From: an uncultured Erythrobacter sp.
GTDB taxonomy: Bacteria > Pseudomonadota > Alphaproteobacteria > Sphingomonadales > Sphingomonadaceae
DNA length: 64,000 nucleotides
NCBI GenBank assembly: GCA_947488325.1
Contig: CANKYZ010000002.1
Location: 523,120-587,119, forward strand
Reading direction: 5' to 3'
Both the position numbers and the translations under genes were made by a program. Under the pieces are notes generated by a model. That model was not told the DNA's origin. It searched no databases and saw only the letters and a list, made by a program, of their open reading frames with translations. This document shows, piece after piece, positions 27,683 to 39,719 of this stretch. The first letter of the stretch is position 1, and every line of letters begins with the position of its first letter.

Positions 27683-29659
27683 ATGGAAGTGAGCAACCTT
27701 CTGACTGTTTTACGAGCGCCTGCGCGCGTTCAGGCAAAGTCGCGGCCTGATCGTTCGGACCAATTGTCCGCACGCGTCCGAAGAAGGCTGGTTACGTCGC
27801 TTTATTCCCAGCCCTCCAGCCTTGCCATCGGAGCATTGGCGACCTTTAGCGCGGCGATTGTGTCAGCTTGGATTGCTAACCTTCCGCAGCTTTATGTTGC
27901 AGCTGTGGTCTTGTTGCTGATCGCTGTTGCCCGCGTGACAGCCGCATTAGGGCTTTCGCCCGATTCCGAAGGGAATAGCACCGCAACGCTCGAACTGGTC
28001 TATGAAATCGGTGCATTCAGCTACGCTTTGGTTTTGGGTTGCACCGCCGCTTATACCATCTTGATCGGTACACAAACCCAGGTCGAAGTGCTGATGGTAG
28101 CGAATGCGCTCGGATACGGTATCGGCGTCACCGCGCGCAATGCAGGGCGACTGACGATCGCTATCGGCCAGCTTTGCCTAACGTGCCTTCCGATTGCACT
28201 GGCCTGTTTCTTGACGGGCTCTCTCGGCTTTATTGCGTTGGGCATAACGATTTTGCTGCTAATCCCAGCGATGATTTCCATTGCATCCAATATCTTTAAA
28301 GTGCTGCGCGATTCCATCGCGGCAGCGGAAACCAGTAAAAAGCTGGCCGACAAAATGCAGGTCCTTGCTCGAACTGACGTCGTGACAGGCCTCGCTAACC
28401 GAGCCGGACTTAATCACGCCATGGTTGAAACGATGATGGCAGTGGACAATGATAGCCGGTTGGCGCTGATCTGGATTGACCTTGATCGGTTCAAGGAAGT
28501 GAACGATTTGCTCGGCCATCCAATCGGTGACCGGGTACTAAGTGAAGTTGCAAAACGCTTGTCCGGCGTCTCACCGGAAGGGGGCACAGTTGCGCGATTT
28601 GGCGGTGATGAATTCATCGTTTTCTGTCCCATCGACGACCGCAAAGATTCAGAAAAACTCGCGAGCGAAATTCATGCTGAAATCATGCGGCCATTCCGCA
28701 TAGACGGTGAACGGCTCGAAGTACGCGCATCTTTGGGTGTCGCATTGCTTCCAGATCATGGCGACGACGCTGACACATTGATGCAGAGCGCCGATCTGGC
28801 ACTCTATCACGCCAAAGTTGGTGGGCGCGCACAGACTTGCTTCTTCGATAGCTCAATGACCCGTGATCTGGTCCGGCGTCGCGAAATTGAAGGTGAACTG
28901 CGCGCCGCACTGCAACGCGACGAACTTTCCATCTTCTTCCAACCAATTCTCGACTTGGAAACAGGCCGGATCAAGACGTTCGAAGCGCTCGTGCGTTGGT
29001 TCCACCCTGTAAAAGGCGAGCTTAGACCCGACGAGTTCATTCCCGTCGCCGAAGAAACCGGCGTTATCGTGACATTGGGCAATTGGATCACCGCGCAAGC
29101 TGCGCGCGTTGCTGCATCTTGGCCTGAAGACGTGACCATCGCGGTCAACCTCTCCCCGCTTCAGATCCGTGCGCCGGGCGCTGCCCTGGGGATCAAAAAT
29201 GCCCTGCGCGAAGCAGGCCTTGATCCGCGTCGTCTGGAACTGGAAGTGACCGAAAGCTTGTTTGTCGAAGACAATCATTCAACGGCAGCCTTTATCGACG
29301 AATTGTCCGAGATAGGCGTGCGGTTCGCTCTGGATGATTTCGGGACGGGATATTCCTCGCTAGGCTATATCAACAAATACCCATTCTCTAAAATTAAGGT
29401 TGATCGCAGCTTTGTCTCAGGCGCGCAGGTCGGGCGAAAGAGCGACGCGATCATCCGCGCTGTTGCCGAAATGGGGACGACGCTGGGCATGGATATCGTC
29501 GCCGAAGGGCTTGAGACGATTGAGCAAGTGCAAGCTGTGAAGGATGCAGGCTGTAATCTGGGGCAAGGGTATTACTTCAGCCGCGCCGTTCCAGATTACC
29601 TCGCCGCAATGCTGCTCGCGCAGGAACGCGATTCCACCAGCAAAGAAGCGACAGGTTAA
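27683..29659 (+). CDS. Membrane-bound diguanylate cyclase/phosphodiesterase (GGDEF-EAL)
   Basis: Multiple N-terminal TMs; DLDRFKEVND, RFGGDEF, FEALVRW, DDFGTGYSS, EGLE. Confidence 0.95.
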   Translation: MEVSNLLTVLRAPARVQAKSRPDRSDQLSARVRRRLVTSLYSQPSSLAIGALATFSAAIVSAWIANLPQLYVAAVVLLLIAVARVTAALGLSPDSEGNSTATLELVYEIGAFSYALVLGCTAAYTILIGTQTQVEVLMVANALGYGIGVTARNAGRLTIAIGQLCLTCLPIALACFLTGSLGFIALGITILLLIPAMISIASNIFKVLRDSIAAAETSKKLADKMQVLARTDVVTGLANRAGLNHAMVETMMAVDNDSRLALIWIDLDRFKEVNDLLGHPIGDRVLSEVAKRLSGVSPEGGTVARFGGDEFIVFCPIDDRKDSEKLASEIHAEIMRPFRIDGERLEVRASLGVALLPDHGDDADTLMQSADLALYHAKVGGRAQTCFFDSSMTRDLVRRREIEGELRAALQRDELSIFFQPILDLETGRIKTFEALVRWFHPVKGELRPDEFIPVAEETGVIVTLGNWITAQAARVAASWPEDVTIAVNLSPLQIRAPGAALGIKNALREAGLDPRRLELEVTESLFVEDNHSTAAFIDELSEIGVRFALDDFGTGYSSLGYINKYPFSKIKVDRSFVSGAQVGRKSDAIIRAVAEMGTTLGMDIVAEGLETIEQVQAVKDAGCNLGQGYYFSRAVPDYLAAMLLAQERDSTSKEATG

Positions 29660-29772
29660 AGTCGCATCTCGTAAAGTAATGTAAGCTCACCTTTCCGTAG
29701 GGTTACGGGGGATTGCGCGTATCTGTACACTCTTATCGCTTCTGCGAACTATTTGCAAAGATAGTTGGCTAG

Positions 29773-31184
<1,412 letters not shown>

Positions 31185-31187
31185 TCC

Positions 31188-32078
31188 ATGTCCATCCTCA
31201 TTAACAAAGACACCAAGGTCATCACGCAAGGGATGACCGGCAAGACCGGGACCTTCCACACCGAGCAAGCGATTGCTTACGGCTCGCAAATGGTGGCGGG
31301 TGTTACGCCGGGTAAAGGCGGGACCACGCATGTTGGCGTGCCGCAATTTAACACGGTGAAGGAAGCCAAGGCCGCAACCGGCGCGACTGCAACCTGCATC
31401 TATGTGCCGCCGCCCTTCGCAGCAGACGCGATTTGCGAAGCGATTGATGCGGAGATGGAATTGATCATCACCATCACCGAAGGCATTCCCGTGCTCGACA
31501 TGGTTCGCGCAAAGGCTGCGCTGACCGGCAGTAAGTCGCGCCTGATCGGTCCGAACTGCCCCGGCGTGCTCACTCCGAATGAGTGCAAGATCGGCATTAT
31601 GCCGGGCTCCATCTTCAAAAAGGGCAGCGTCGGCGTCGTCAGCCGCTCCGGCACGCTCACATACGAAGCAGTGCATCAAACCACGATGGTTGGCCTTGGT
31701 CAGACCACGGCGGTTGGTATTGGCGGTGACCCGGTTAACGGCACCAACTTTATCGACGTGCTCGACCTGTTCCTGGACGATCCAGAAACAACCAGCATGA
31801 TCATGATCGGCGAAATTGGCGGCAGCGCCGAAGAAGAAGCAGCCGAATTCCTGAAACAAGAAGCAGCCAAGGGCCGCTCCAAGCCAACCGTTGGCTTTAT
31901 CGCTGGCCGTACGGCACCTCCGGGTCGCCGCATGGGCCATGCTGGCGCTATCGTCAGCGGCGGCAAAGGCGGCGCGGACGACAAGATCGCGGCGATGGAA
32001 GATGCCGGCATCCGCGTTTCTCCTTCACCCAGCGAACTCGGCACCACATTGGATGCCATGCTGAAAGAACTGGTTTGA
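31188..32078 (+). CDS. sucD: Succinyl-CoA ligase alpha subunit
   Basis: [38 protein letters not shown]. Confidence 0.98.
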   Translation: MSILINKDTKVITQGMTGKTGTFHTEQAIAYGSQMVAGVTPGKGGTTHVGVPQFNTVKEAKAATGATATCIYVPPPFAADAICEAIDAEMELIITITEGIPVLDMVRAKAALTGSKSRLIGPNCPGVLTPNECKIGIMPGSIFKKGSVGVVSRSGTLTYEAVHQTTMVGLGQTTAVGIGGDPVNGTNFIDVLDLFLDDPETTSMIMIGEIGGSAEEEAAEFLKQEAAKGRSKPTVGFIAGRTAPPGRRMGHAGAIVSGGKGGADDKIAAMEDAGIRVSPSPSELGTTLDAMLKELV

Positions 32079-32148
32079 ATTTCGGGGCCTTGCACGGTGC
32101 GGTTTGCACAGTGCAAGGCTCCACCCTTCTCCCCACGGGATAACCGCC

Positions 32149-34953
32149 ATGAACAAAGAGACCGCTAGCTTCGTCCCTGACATGATCGATCAGGAAGGTC
32201 CGCAACCAGGCCCATCCTGGGGCAATCCCAAATGGCTCGATTCCGTGAGCGAGGCCGGAACCGACCTCACAACCGCGATGGACCCGACGCAAATGCGCCT
32301 TGCGGTTGAAAAGGCTGCGAAGAAGGCGGGAAAATCTGTCGATCCCAAGGCAATTGAAGACGCCGCCAGTCTTTCGATAGCGGCGATGACATTGGTGCGT
32401 CTGTACCGGGTGCGCGGGCACATGGCCGCGGATCTCGATCCGCTGAACCTGTCCAGCCACCGCGAAGCGCCCAAAGACCTCAGCCTGGAATTTCATGGCC
32501 TTGCGGGACGTGAGAATAATGACGTCTATGTTGGCGGCGTGCTGGGCATGGAATGGACCACTGTTGGCGCGCTCTATGCGCGTTTGAATGAAGTGTATTG
32601 CGGCAAAGTCGGCTTGGAATATATGCATATCGCCGACACCGAAGAACGGCGGTTTTTGCAAGATAAGTTTGAAAGCCCCGGCGAGACGATCCAGTTCTCT
32701 CCCGAAGGTAAGAAAGCCATCCTCGCGGCCGTGTTACGCGGCGAACAATACGAAGAGTTCCTCGGCAAGAAATATGTCGGGACCAAGCGTTTCGGCCTTG
32801 ATGGCGGGGAAAGCATGATCCCCGCGCTGGAGGCCGTAATAAAGCATGGCGGCAGCTCTGGTGTTCGCGAGATCATCTATGGCATGGCGCATCGCGGCCG
32901 TTTGAATGTCCTCGCAAATGTTATGGCCAAACCGTACAAAGTCATCTTCCACGAATTTTCTGGCGGCTCTGCTAACCCCGAAGATGTTGGCGGATCAGGC
33001 GATGTGAAATACCATCTGGGCACCAGCACTGATCGGTCTTTTGACGATATTGAGGTTCATATGAGCCTCGTCCCCAACCCATCGCACCTTGAAACGGTTG
33101 ACCCAGTGGTTCTCGGTAAAAGCCGTGCGCAGCAGGCAGTTCGCGATGATCTGGAAGAGAAAAAGCAGGTTCTGCCAGTTCTGATCCACGGCGATGCTGC
33201 CTTTGCTGGCCAAGGCGTCGTATGGGAAAGCCTCAGCCTGTCTGGCGTCAACGGATATGACACGGGCGGCTGCATTCATTTCATTATCAACAATCAAATC
33301 GGGTTCACCACTTCACCCAAATTTGCGCGTTGCTCACCTTATCCCTCTGACGTTGCTAAAGGTGTCATGGCGCCAATCCTGCACGTCAACGGCGACGATC
33401 CCGAAGCGGTGACGTTCGCGTGCAAGCTGGCTGTGGAATATCGCCAGAGATTTGGTCGCGATGTCGTGATCGACATGTGGTGCTATCGCCGGTTTGGCCA
33501 CAATGAAGGTGATGAACCCAAATTCACACAGCCGTTAATGTATGATGTGATCGGCAAACACCCCAAGGTCAGCGCCCATTACGAGCAGCGCCTGATCGCG
33601 CAGGGTGTGATCGATGAAGGGCACCGTGAACAGGTCGCGTCAGAATTCGTCGCACATCTCGAAGAAGAATTTCAGGCATCCAAAAGCTATTCCGCCAATG
33701 AGGCCGACTGGTTTGGCGGACGCTGGGCCGGTCTGAACAAGCCAGCCGACCCAGAATCCGCGCGCCGGAATATTGAAACCGCGCTTGAACCGAAAACCTT
33801 CGATTCACTGGGCCGCACACTGACCGAAGTCCCCGAGGATGTAAGCATCCACCGGACGCTTGGCCGGGTGCTCAAGGCCAAAAGCAAGATGTTCGAAAGC
33901 GGAGATGGCTTTGACTGGGCCACCGCCGAGGCGCTCGCCTTCGGCAGTCTCGTGATGGAGGGCTATAATGTTCGCCTGTCAGGCCAAGATAGCGGGCGCG
34001 GAACCTTCTCTCAGCGGCACGCCGTCTGGGTGGATCAAAAAACTGAAGACAAATATATCCCGCTGACCACGCTGCCGCATGGCAAGTTTGAAGTCTATGA
34101 CAGCACCCTGTCCGAATATGGCGTGTTGGGGTTTGAATATGGCTTTGCCATGGCTGATCCAAAATCTTTGGTCTTATGGGAGGCGCAGTTTGGCGACTTT
34201 GCCAATGGCGCGCAGATCATGATCGATCAGTATATTGCGGCAGGCGAAGCGAAATGGCTGCGTGCAAACGGGCTCGTGATGCTCTTGCCGCATGGTTACG
34301 AAGGTCAAGGTCCGGAACATTCATCCGCGCGGCTTGAACGGTTCCTGCAATTGTGTGCGAACGACAATATCCAAGTCTGTAACATCACCACACCGGCGAA
34401 CTATTTCCACGTTCTGCGCCGTCAGATGCTGCGGTCCTTCCGTAAACCACTGGTGATTATGACGCCAAAATCGTTACTTCGGCATCCGCTAGCCAAAAGT
34501 CCGCGCGAAGAATTTGAGGGCGAATGGCAATTTAAACGGATTAAATCGGACCTCACCGCAATCGCTGATGAGAAAATCAGACGGCTCGTCCTGTGTTCGG
34601 GCAAGGTCTATTACGATCTGTATGAAAAACGCGAAGAAGAGGGATTGAAAGATGTCTCCATCGTGCGGATCGAACAGCTCTATCCCTTCCCCGGTGATCC
34701 ATTGGCTGTGCGGCTGAAACGAATGACTAATCTGGAACAGGTCGCCTGGTGTCAGGAAGAACCAAAGAACAACGGATCGTGGTTCTTCGTGCAAAACCAG
34801 ATCGAGGATTCACTCACCGCAGCAGGGCATAACGGCATGCGCCCCTGCTATGCGGGCCGGGATGCTGCGGCTTCACCCGCAACCGGACTTGCCAAACGTC
34901 ACGCTGAGCAGCAGGCGGCCTTGGTTGCCGATGCGCTTGGTCTTTCTAAGTAA
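32149..34953 (+). CDS. sucA: 2-oxoglutarate dehydrogenase E1
   Basis: KRFGLDGGESMIP, GMAHRGRLN, HGDAAFAGQG, LPHGYEGQGPEHSS. Confidence 0.98.
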   Translation: MNKETASFVPDMIDQEGPQPGPSWGNPKWLDSVSEAGTDLTTAMDPTQMRLAVEKAAKKAGKSVDPKAIEDAASLSIAAMTLVRLYRVRGHMAADLDPLNLSSHREAPKDLSLEFHGLAGRENNDVYVGGVLGMEWTTVGALYARLNEVYCGKVGLEYMHIADTEERRFLQDKFESPGETIQFSPEGKKAILAAVLRGEQYEEFLGKKYVGTKRFGLDGGESMIPALEAVIKHGGSSGVREIIYGMAHRGRLNVLANVMAKPYKVIFHEFSGGSANPEDVGGSGDVKYHLGTSTDRSFDDIEVHMSLVPNPSHLETVDPVVLGKSRAQQAVRDDLEEKKQVLPVLIHGDAAFAGQGVVWESLSLSGVNGYDTGGCIHFIINNQIGFTTSPKFARCSPYPSDVAKGVMAPILHVNGDDPEAVTFACKLAVEYRQRFGRDVVIDMWCYRRFGHNEGDEPKFTQPLMYDVIGKHPKVSAHYEQRLIAQGVIDEGHREQVASEFVAHLEEEFQASKSYSANEADWFGGRWAGLNKPADPESARRNIETALEPKTFDSLGRTLTEVPEDVSIHRTLGRVLKAKSKMFESGDGFDWATAEALAFGSLVMEGYNVRLSGQDSGRGTFSQRHAVWVDQKTEDKYIPLTTLPHGKFEVYDSTLSEYGVLGFEYGFAMADPKSLVLWEAQFGDFANGAQIMIDQYIAAGEAKWLRANGLVMLLPHGYEGQGPEHSSARLERFLQLCANDNIQVCNITTPANYFHVLRRQMLRSFRKPLVIMTPKSLLRHPLAKSPREEFEGEWQFKRIKSDLTAIADEKIRRLVLCSGKVYYDLYEKREEEGLKDVSIVRIEQLYPFPGDPLAVRLKRMTNLEQVAWCQEEPKNNGSWFFVQNQIEDSLTAAGHNGMRPCYAGRDAAASPATGLAKRHAEQQAALVADALGLSK

Positions 34954-35000
34954 AATTGAGTTCAGCCCAAAAATCGAACTAGGCTTGAGGAACACAAAAA

Positions 35001-36227
35001 ATGGCCACTGAAATCACTGTCCCAGTATTGGGTGAATCAGTCACCGAAGGCTCGATCGGCGAATGGCTGAAACAGCCCGGCGAAGCAGTCGCTGCGGATG
35101 AACCCATCGTCAGCCTAGAGACCGACAAAGTCGCGGTTGATGTGCCCTCACCCATTGCAGGCATTATGTCCGAACATCGCGCTGCCGTTGGCGATACAGT
35201 AGAAGTGGGCGCGGTGATTGCTGTAATTGAAGAAGGCGCAAGCGCTGCTGCTTCTGCGGCCAAGTCCGAAACGCCAGCTCCATCCGCTGCGAAAGAAGCT
35301 CCGGATGCTGGCGGTGCCTCGCTAACGCTTTCGCCTGCCGTCCGCCGGGCCGTTCTTGAACACGGGGTCGACCCTTCCACCATCAAGGGTTCTGGCAAAG
35401 ATGGTCGTCTGACAAAGGAGGATGTGCTCGCCGCTGCTAAGGCAAAGGTCGATCCGACACCGGCTGCTACACCTGCACCAGCCGCCGCTCCCGCAGCCGC
35501 AGCTCCAGCCGGTGAACCCAGAGGTCAAAGGGGCGAAGAACGGGTCAAGATGACCCGCATGCGCCAAACCATCGCAAAGCGTCTGAAAGGCGCTCAGGAA
35601 GAGGCTGCGCTGCTCACAACGTTCAACGATGTGGATATGAGCGCGGTCATCGCAGCGCGTACCAAATACAAAGATCTGTTCGCAAAGAAGCACGACATCC
35701 GCCTCGGCTTTATGGGCTTTTTCGCAAAGGCCGCCTGTCTTGCGTTGAAAGACGTGCCCAGCGTCAACGCCTACATTCAGGGTGACGAAATCGTCTATCA
35801 TGATTACGTTGACATCTCGGTCGCGGTGAGTGCGCCGAACGGCCTCGTCGTACCCGTAATCCGCGATTGTCAGGACAAAGGTTTTGCCCGGATCGAGAAA
35901 GACATTGCCGATTACGGCAAGCGCGCCAAAGAAGGCACGCTGACGATGGCCGATATGACCGGCGGCACCTTCACCATTTCCAATGGCGGCGTGTTCGGGT
36001 CGCTGATGTCGACCCCGATCATTAACGCTCCGCAAAGCGCAGTTCTGGGCCTCCACCGCATCGAAGATCGCCCTGTGGCGGTGAATGGTGAAGTCGTGAT
36101 CCGTCCGATGATGTATCTCGCTTTGTCCTATGATCACCGACTGATCGACGGCCGCGAAGCCGTGACAGCGCTGAAAATCATCAAGGAAGCGATCGAAGAT
36201 CCGACCCGGATGCTGATCGATCTTTAG
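35001..36227 (+). CDS. sucB: Dihydrolipoamide succinyltransferase E2
   Basis: Lipoyl domain LETDKV, E3-binding domain, YDHRLIDG. Confidence 0.98.
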   Translation: MATEITVPVLGESVTEGSIGEWLKQPGEAVAADEPIVSLETDKVAVDVPSPIAGIMSEHRAAVGDTVEVGAVIAVIEEGASAAASAAKSETPAPSAAKEAPDAGGASLTLSPAVRRAVLEHGVDPSTIKGSGKDGRLTKEDVLAAAKAKVDPTPAATPAPAAAPAAAAPAGEPRGQRGEERVKMTRMRQTIAKRLKGAQEEAALLTTFNDVDMSAVIAARTKYKDLFAKKHDIRLGFMGFFAKAACLALKDVPSVNAYIQGDEIVYHDYVDISVAVSAPNGLVVPVIRDCQDKGFARIEKDIADYGKRAKEGTLTMADMTGGTFTISNGGVFGSLMSTPIINAPQSAVLGLHRIEDRPVAVNGEVVIRPMMYLALSYDHRLIDGREAVTALKIIKEAIEDPTRMLIDL

Positions 36228-36237
36228 GACATAGCAG

Positions 36238-36711
36238 GTGGGGTTGAGCGCATCTCTAACTGCAATGAGCAATGCAGCTTTCGAAGCATTCGACAATCTT
36301 GACGAAGCTTATCGGTCCAAGGGCGAGGTCCCGGAGTCGCGCAAGTGCGATCTCGGCACAGAGTGGCATGTTCTGCATTTCATGCTCACAGGAATCTCTC
36401 GTCAATCAAACGATCCTCTAGGAATACTCTTTGATCGCAGTCCGCAGATGAAGGCGATATCGGAAGCATGCCAAGCGATCTCACCATCTGAGATGCAAGC
36501 CTTCCAAGCTGCACTTAAATCCGAAGACCCTGCAACACTCTGGGCTCGCTTCGACTTGGAGCGGGTGGTGTCAGAGGACGTAGACCGAGTGCATCCAGCA
36601 AACGATCCCAAGAGTGTCTTTGCATACGCCCTTCATTTCGTTCCGGTGCTCCGTAAGTTCGCGGCGAAATGTGTCAAACATCAATGCGGCGCTATCGCCA
36701 TCATTGCCTGA
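36238..36711 (+). CDS. YfbM/DUF1877-like protein
   Basis: CDLGTEWHVLHFMLTG resembles the DUF1877 DLDKxWHxLHFLLTG motif. Confidence 0.6.
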   Translation: MGLSASLTAMSNAAFEAFDNLDEAYRSKGEVPESRKCDLGTEWHVLHFMLTGISRQSNDPLGILFDRSPQMKAISEACQAISPSEMQAFQAALKSEDPATLWARFDLERVVSEDVDRVHPANDPKSVFAYALHFVPVLRKFAAKCVKHQCGAIAIIA

Positions 36712-36939
36712 TGACCGAGCAATTCAACCAAGCCGCCTTTGACGAGCGCTGCCATGCGGATTCCCCCTCGTGGTACGCTCCATATGGCCTTCACTGGTTG
36801 ATAGGATCGCGCATCCCATGAGACCACCGACAGCGCGCTAAACCTGCCTGTGATTGGGCCAGCACTCGAAAAGTATGTGACTATCGGTCTTTACTGGCAT
36901 TTGCGGCGCAAGAATTCGCACGAAATTGACACAAACTAG
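36711..36939 (+). pseudogene. Possible frameshifted small gene remnant
   Basis: TGATG-coupled 36-codon ORF (MTEQFNQAAFDERC..., stop 36821), continued by a second open frame (..ETTDSALNLPVIGPALEKYVTIGLYWHLRRK.., stop 36939). Confidence 0.3.
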
Positions 36940-37019
36940 CAATGGCACTCGCTTGCTTTAGCTCCTAAATGGGGCTCAGACATTTATGAAACGCCATCCA
37001 ATACGGGATCATTCGAGAC

Positions 37020-38426
37020 ATGGCTGACCACACTTACGATTACGACGTCCTTGTTATCGGCGCTGGACCGGGCGGCTATGTCGCCGCCATTCGCGCGGCG
37101 CAACTGGGACTGAAAACGGCCTGCGTTGAAAGCCGCGAGACACTCGGTGGCACTTGCCTGAATGTTGGGTGCATCCCGTCAAAGGCACTGCTCCACGGCT
37201 CTGAATTGTTCGACGAAGCCGCTGGCGGCCATTTCGCCACATGGGGCATCACTGCAAAGCCGACGCTCGACTTGGGCGTGATGATGGCGGAGAAGACCAA
37301 AGCTGTTGGCGAGCTGACCGGCGGGATCGAATTCCTGTTTAAGAAAAACAAGGTGACCTGGATCAAAGGCCACGCTGCATTCGAAGATGCGCATAGCGTA
37401 AATGTTGGCGGCAAAGTCGTGACGGCGAAAGATATCGTGATCGCCACCGGTTCCAGCGTCACTCCCCTACCGGGCGTCGAAATCGATAACGCGGCAAAGC
37501 GGATCGTCGACAGCACCGGCGCGCTTACGCTTGAAGAAGTGCCCGAACACCTCGTCGTCATCGGCGGCGGTGTGATCGGCCTGGAACTTGGTAGCGTGTG
37601 GCGCAGGCTCGGTGCGAAAGTCACCGTGGTGGAATTCCTCGACCAATTGCTCCCCGGAATGGACAAAGATGTTCGCAAGGAAGCAGGCAAGATATTCAAG
37701 AAACAGGGCATGGAGCTGATGCTCAGCCACAAAGTCACCGGCGCAAAGGCCAATGCCAAGGGCGTCTCACTTACAGTTGAAAAATCGGCGGGCGGCGATG
37801 AGCAAACGATCAAGGCAAGCCATGTGCTGGTCTCTATCGGACGGCGGCCCAACACAGATGGCCTTGCGCTCGACAAAATTGGCATCGAAACTAATAAGCA
37901 CGGTCAGATTGAAATCGGTCATGATTTTCGTACTAAAGTAGACAGCGTTTGGGCCATCGGCGATGTCGTGCCCGGCCCCATGCTTGCACACAAAGCTGAA
38001 GACGAAGGCATTGCTTGCGCAGAATATATCGACGGCCTGACCGGCATTGTGAACCACGATGTGATCCCCGGCGTGGTCTATACCATGCCTGAATTCGCCG
38101 ATGTCGGAATGACCGAAACAGCCGCAAAAGAAGCCGGTTATACCGTTAAAGTCGGCAAATTCCCAATGATGGCGAACAGCCGCGCAAAGGCAAACCGAGA
38201 CACAGATGGCTTCGTCAAAGTGGTCGCTGATGCAGAAACCGACCGCGTTTTGGGCGTGCATATCGTCGCCAGCCTGGCAGGCACCATGATCGCAGAAGCA
38301 GCGGTGGCGATGGAGTTTGGCGCAACATCCGAAGACATCGCCTACACCTGTCACGCCCACCCGACCCATGCCGAGGCGCTCAAAGAAGCCGCAATGGCGG
38401 TGACGGGTAAGCCTATTCACATGTGA
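37020..38426 (+). CDS. lpdA: Dihydrolipoamide dehydrogenase E3
   Basis: VIGAGPGGYVAA, GGTCLNVGCIPSKA, HAHPTHAE. Confidence 0.98.
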   Translation: MADHTYDYDVLVIGAGPGGYVAAIRAAQLGLKTACVESRETLGGTCLNVGCIPSKALLHGSELFDEAAGGHFATWGITAKPTLDLGVMMAEKTKAVGELTGGIEFLFKKNKVTWIKGHAAFEDAHSVNVGGKVVTAKDIVIATGSSVTPLPGVEIDNAAKRIVDSTGALTLEEVPEHLVVIGGGVIGLELGSVWRRLGAKVTVVEFLDQLLPGMDKDVRKEAGKIFKKQGMELMLSHKVTGAKANAKGVSLTVEKSAGGDEQTIKASHVLVSIGRRPNTDGLALDKIGIETNKHGQIEIGHDFRTKVDSVWAIGDVVPGPMLAHKAEDEGIACAEYIDGLTGIVNHDVIPGVVYTMPEFADVGMTETAAKEAGYTVKVGKFPMMANSRAKANRDTDGFVKVVADAETDRVLGVHIVASLAGTMIAEAAVAMEFGATSEDIAYTCHAHPTHAEALKEAAMAVTGKPIHM

Positions 38427-38477
38427 TGCAATTGATCATCAAATTGATGGCAGGGTAGACACACACTTGCGCTCGAA

Positions 38478-38515
38478 CATACTTGGTGTATCCATACAGT
38501 AATACACTAAGTATG
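38478..38515. promoter_or_regulatory. Inverted-repeat operator upstream of the serine hydrolase
   Basis: CATACTTGGTGTAT-N10-ATACACTAAGTATG; the arms match at 13 of 14 positions. Confidence 0.6.
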
Positions 38516-38524
38516 TACGGCCCA

Positions 38525-39691
38525 ATGAAATTCACAGTCACACCCCTTGCACTCGCCTTTGTCTTGGCAACCCCCTCAGCTGCTTGCGCCGATCCGGAAC
38601 CCACCCAGACTTCTTCGGTTCAGGTGCCTGAAACCGCTGCCGAAATCGCGCGACAAAAGATCGCTCAATCTAATATTGCGGGGATCGGCATCGCCCGGAT
38701 CGAAGACGGCAAGGTAGCTTGGTCAGGATATTGGGGCGAACAATCGCCCGGCGTGCCTGTTAGCGAGCAGACCGCGTTCAACGCAGCATCTGTCGCAAAG
38801 ACCCTAATAGCTGAAACAGTGCTTCGTCTATCTGATCAGGGACAAATGTCGCTAGATGATCCAATCTCAGATCATTTCGAGCACACTGATCTCTCCCTCG
38901 ATCCGCGATATGCCAGTCTAACCCCTCGCATTCTGTTGTCCCATCAAGCAGCGCTTCTCAATTGGCCATGGTTATATGATGACGACAAATTGGCTTTCAC
39001 AGCAGACCCGGGATTGGGAGAAATCAACTACTCCGGGGCCGGTATCGAAATCGTCATGCGATACCTCGAAGCACGTTTTGAAAAGAGCTATCCCGATCTG
39101 GTGAAAGAGGTTCTACTTGATCCTTTGGGAATTGAAGAAATCGCGGTCAACCGGGAGCCGTGGTTAGAAGGACGAGTCAGCAATCCAGTCAATAGAGACG
39201 GAACGATATTTGCCCCCTTCAATCGCAGCGGCAATGACAATTTTATCCAGATCGGAGACTATACAGCCGCAGACAATATGTATGCGACCGTGCCCGGCTA
39301 TGCGCAGCTCTTGATCGCACTGATCGAGGGGGCCGGCCTTTCTGCAGCGATGCAAGCGGAACGAGCAACGCTGCATTCCGCTTCTGATAGCAGTTCGGGA
39401 GATTTCTGCATCGCGGAACCAGCCGATTGTCCTGACCCGATAGGATACGGAATTGGATGGGGATTGTTCGGAGAGCCAGGCCGCACAATTTTGAACCATG
39501 GCGGGAATGACTTTGCCGAACATGCTCAGGTTTACTTCATCCCCGAAACTCGCGAGGGGCTTGTGCTGTTTGTGAATGGCGGAAATGCGTTTCCAGTCGG
39601 GATCGAAATTATAGAAACCATTGACCCCAAGCTGCGAATGGCGAAACACTTCCGCGCACTAATCGAAAGAATGCGTGACGGGGGCGGCTAA
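38525..39691 (+). CDS. Exported serine hydrolase, beta-lactamase class C/AmpC-like family
   Basis: Signal peptide; AASVAKT (SxxK), INYSGAG, NHGGN. Start uncertain (38513 or 38525). Confidence 0.85.
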   Translation: MKFTVTPLALAFVLATPSAACADPEPTQTSSVQVPETAAEIARQKIAQSNIAGIGIARIEDGKVAWSGYWGEQSPGVPVSEQTAFNAASVAKTLIAETVLRLSDQGQMSLDDPISDHFEHTDLSLDPRYASLTPRILLSHQAALLNWPWLYDDDKLAFTADPGLGEINYSGAGIEIVMRYLEARFEKSYPDLVKEVLLDPLGIEEIAVNREPWLEGRVSNPVNRDGTIFAPFNRSGNDNFIQIGDYTAADNMYATVPGYAQLLIALIEGAGLSAAMQAERATLHSASDSSSGDFCIAEPADCPDPIGYGIGWGLFGEPGRTILNHGGNDFAEHAQVYFIPETREGLVLFVNGGNAFPVGIEIIETIDPKLRMAKHFRALIERMRDGGG

Positions 39692-39719
39692 CCGCTCTCT
39701 TTTGGGAGAGTATTCAAAC

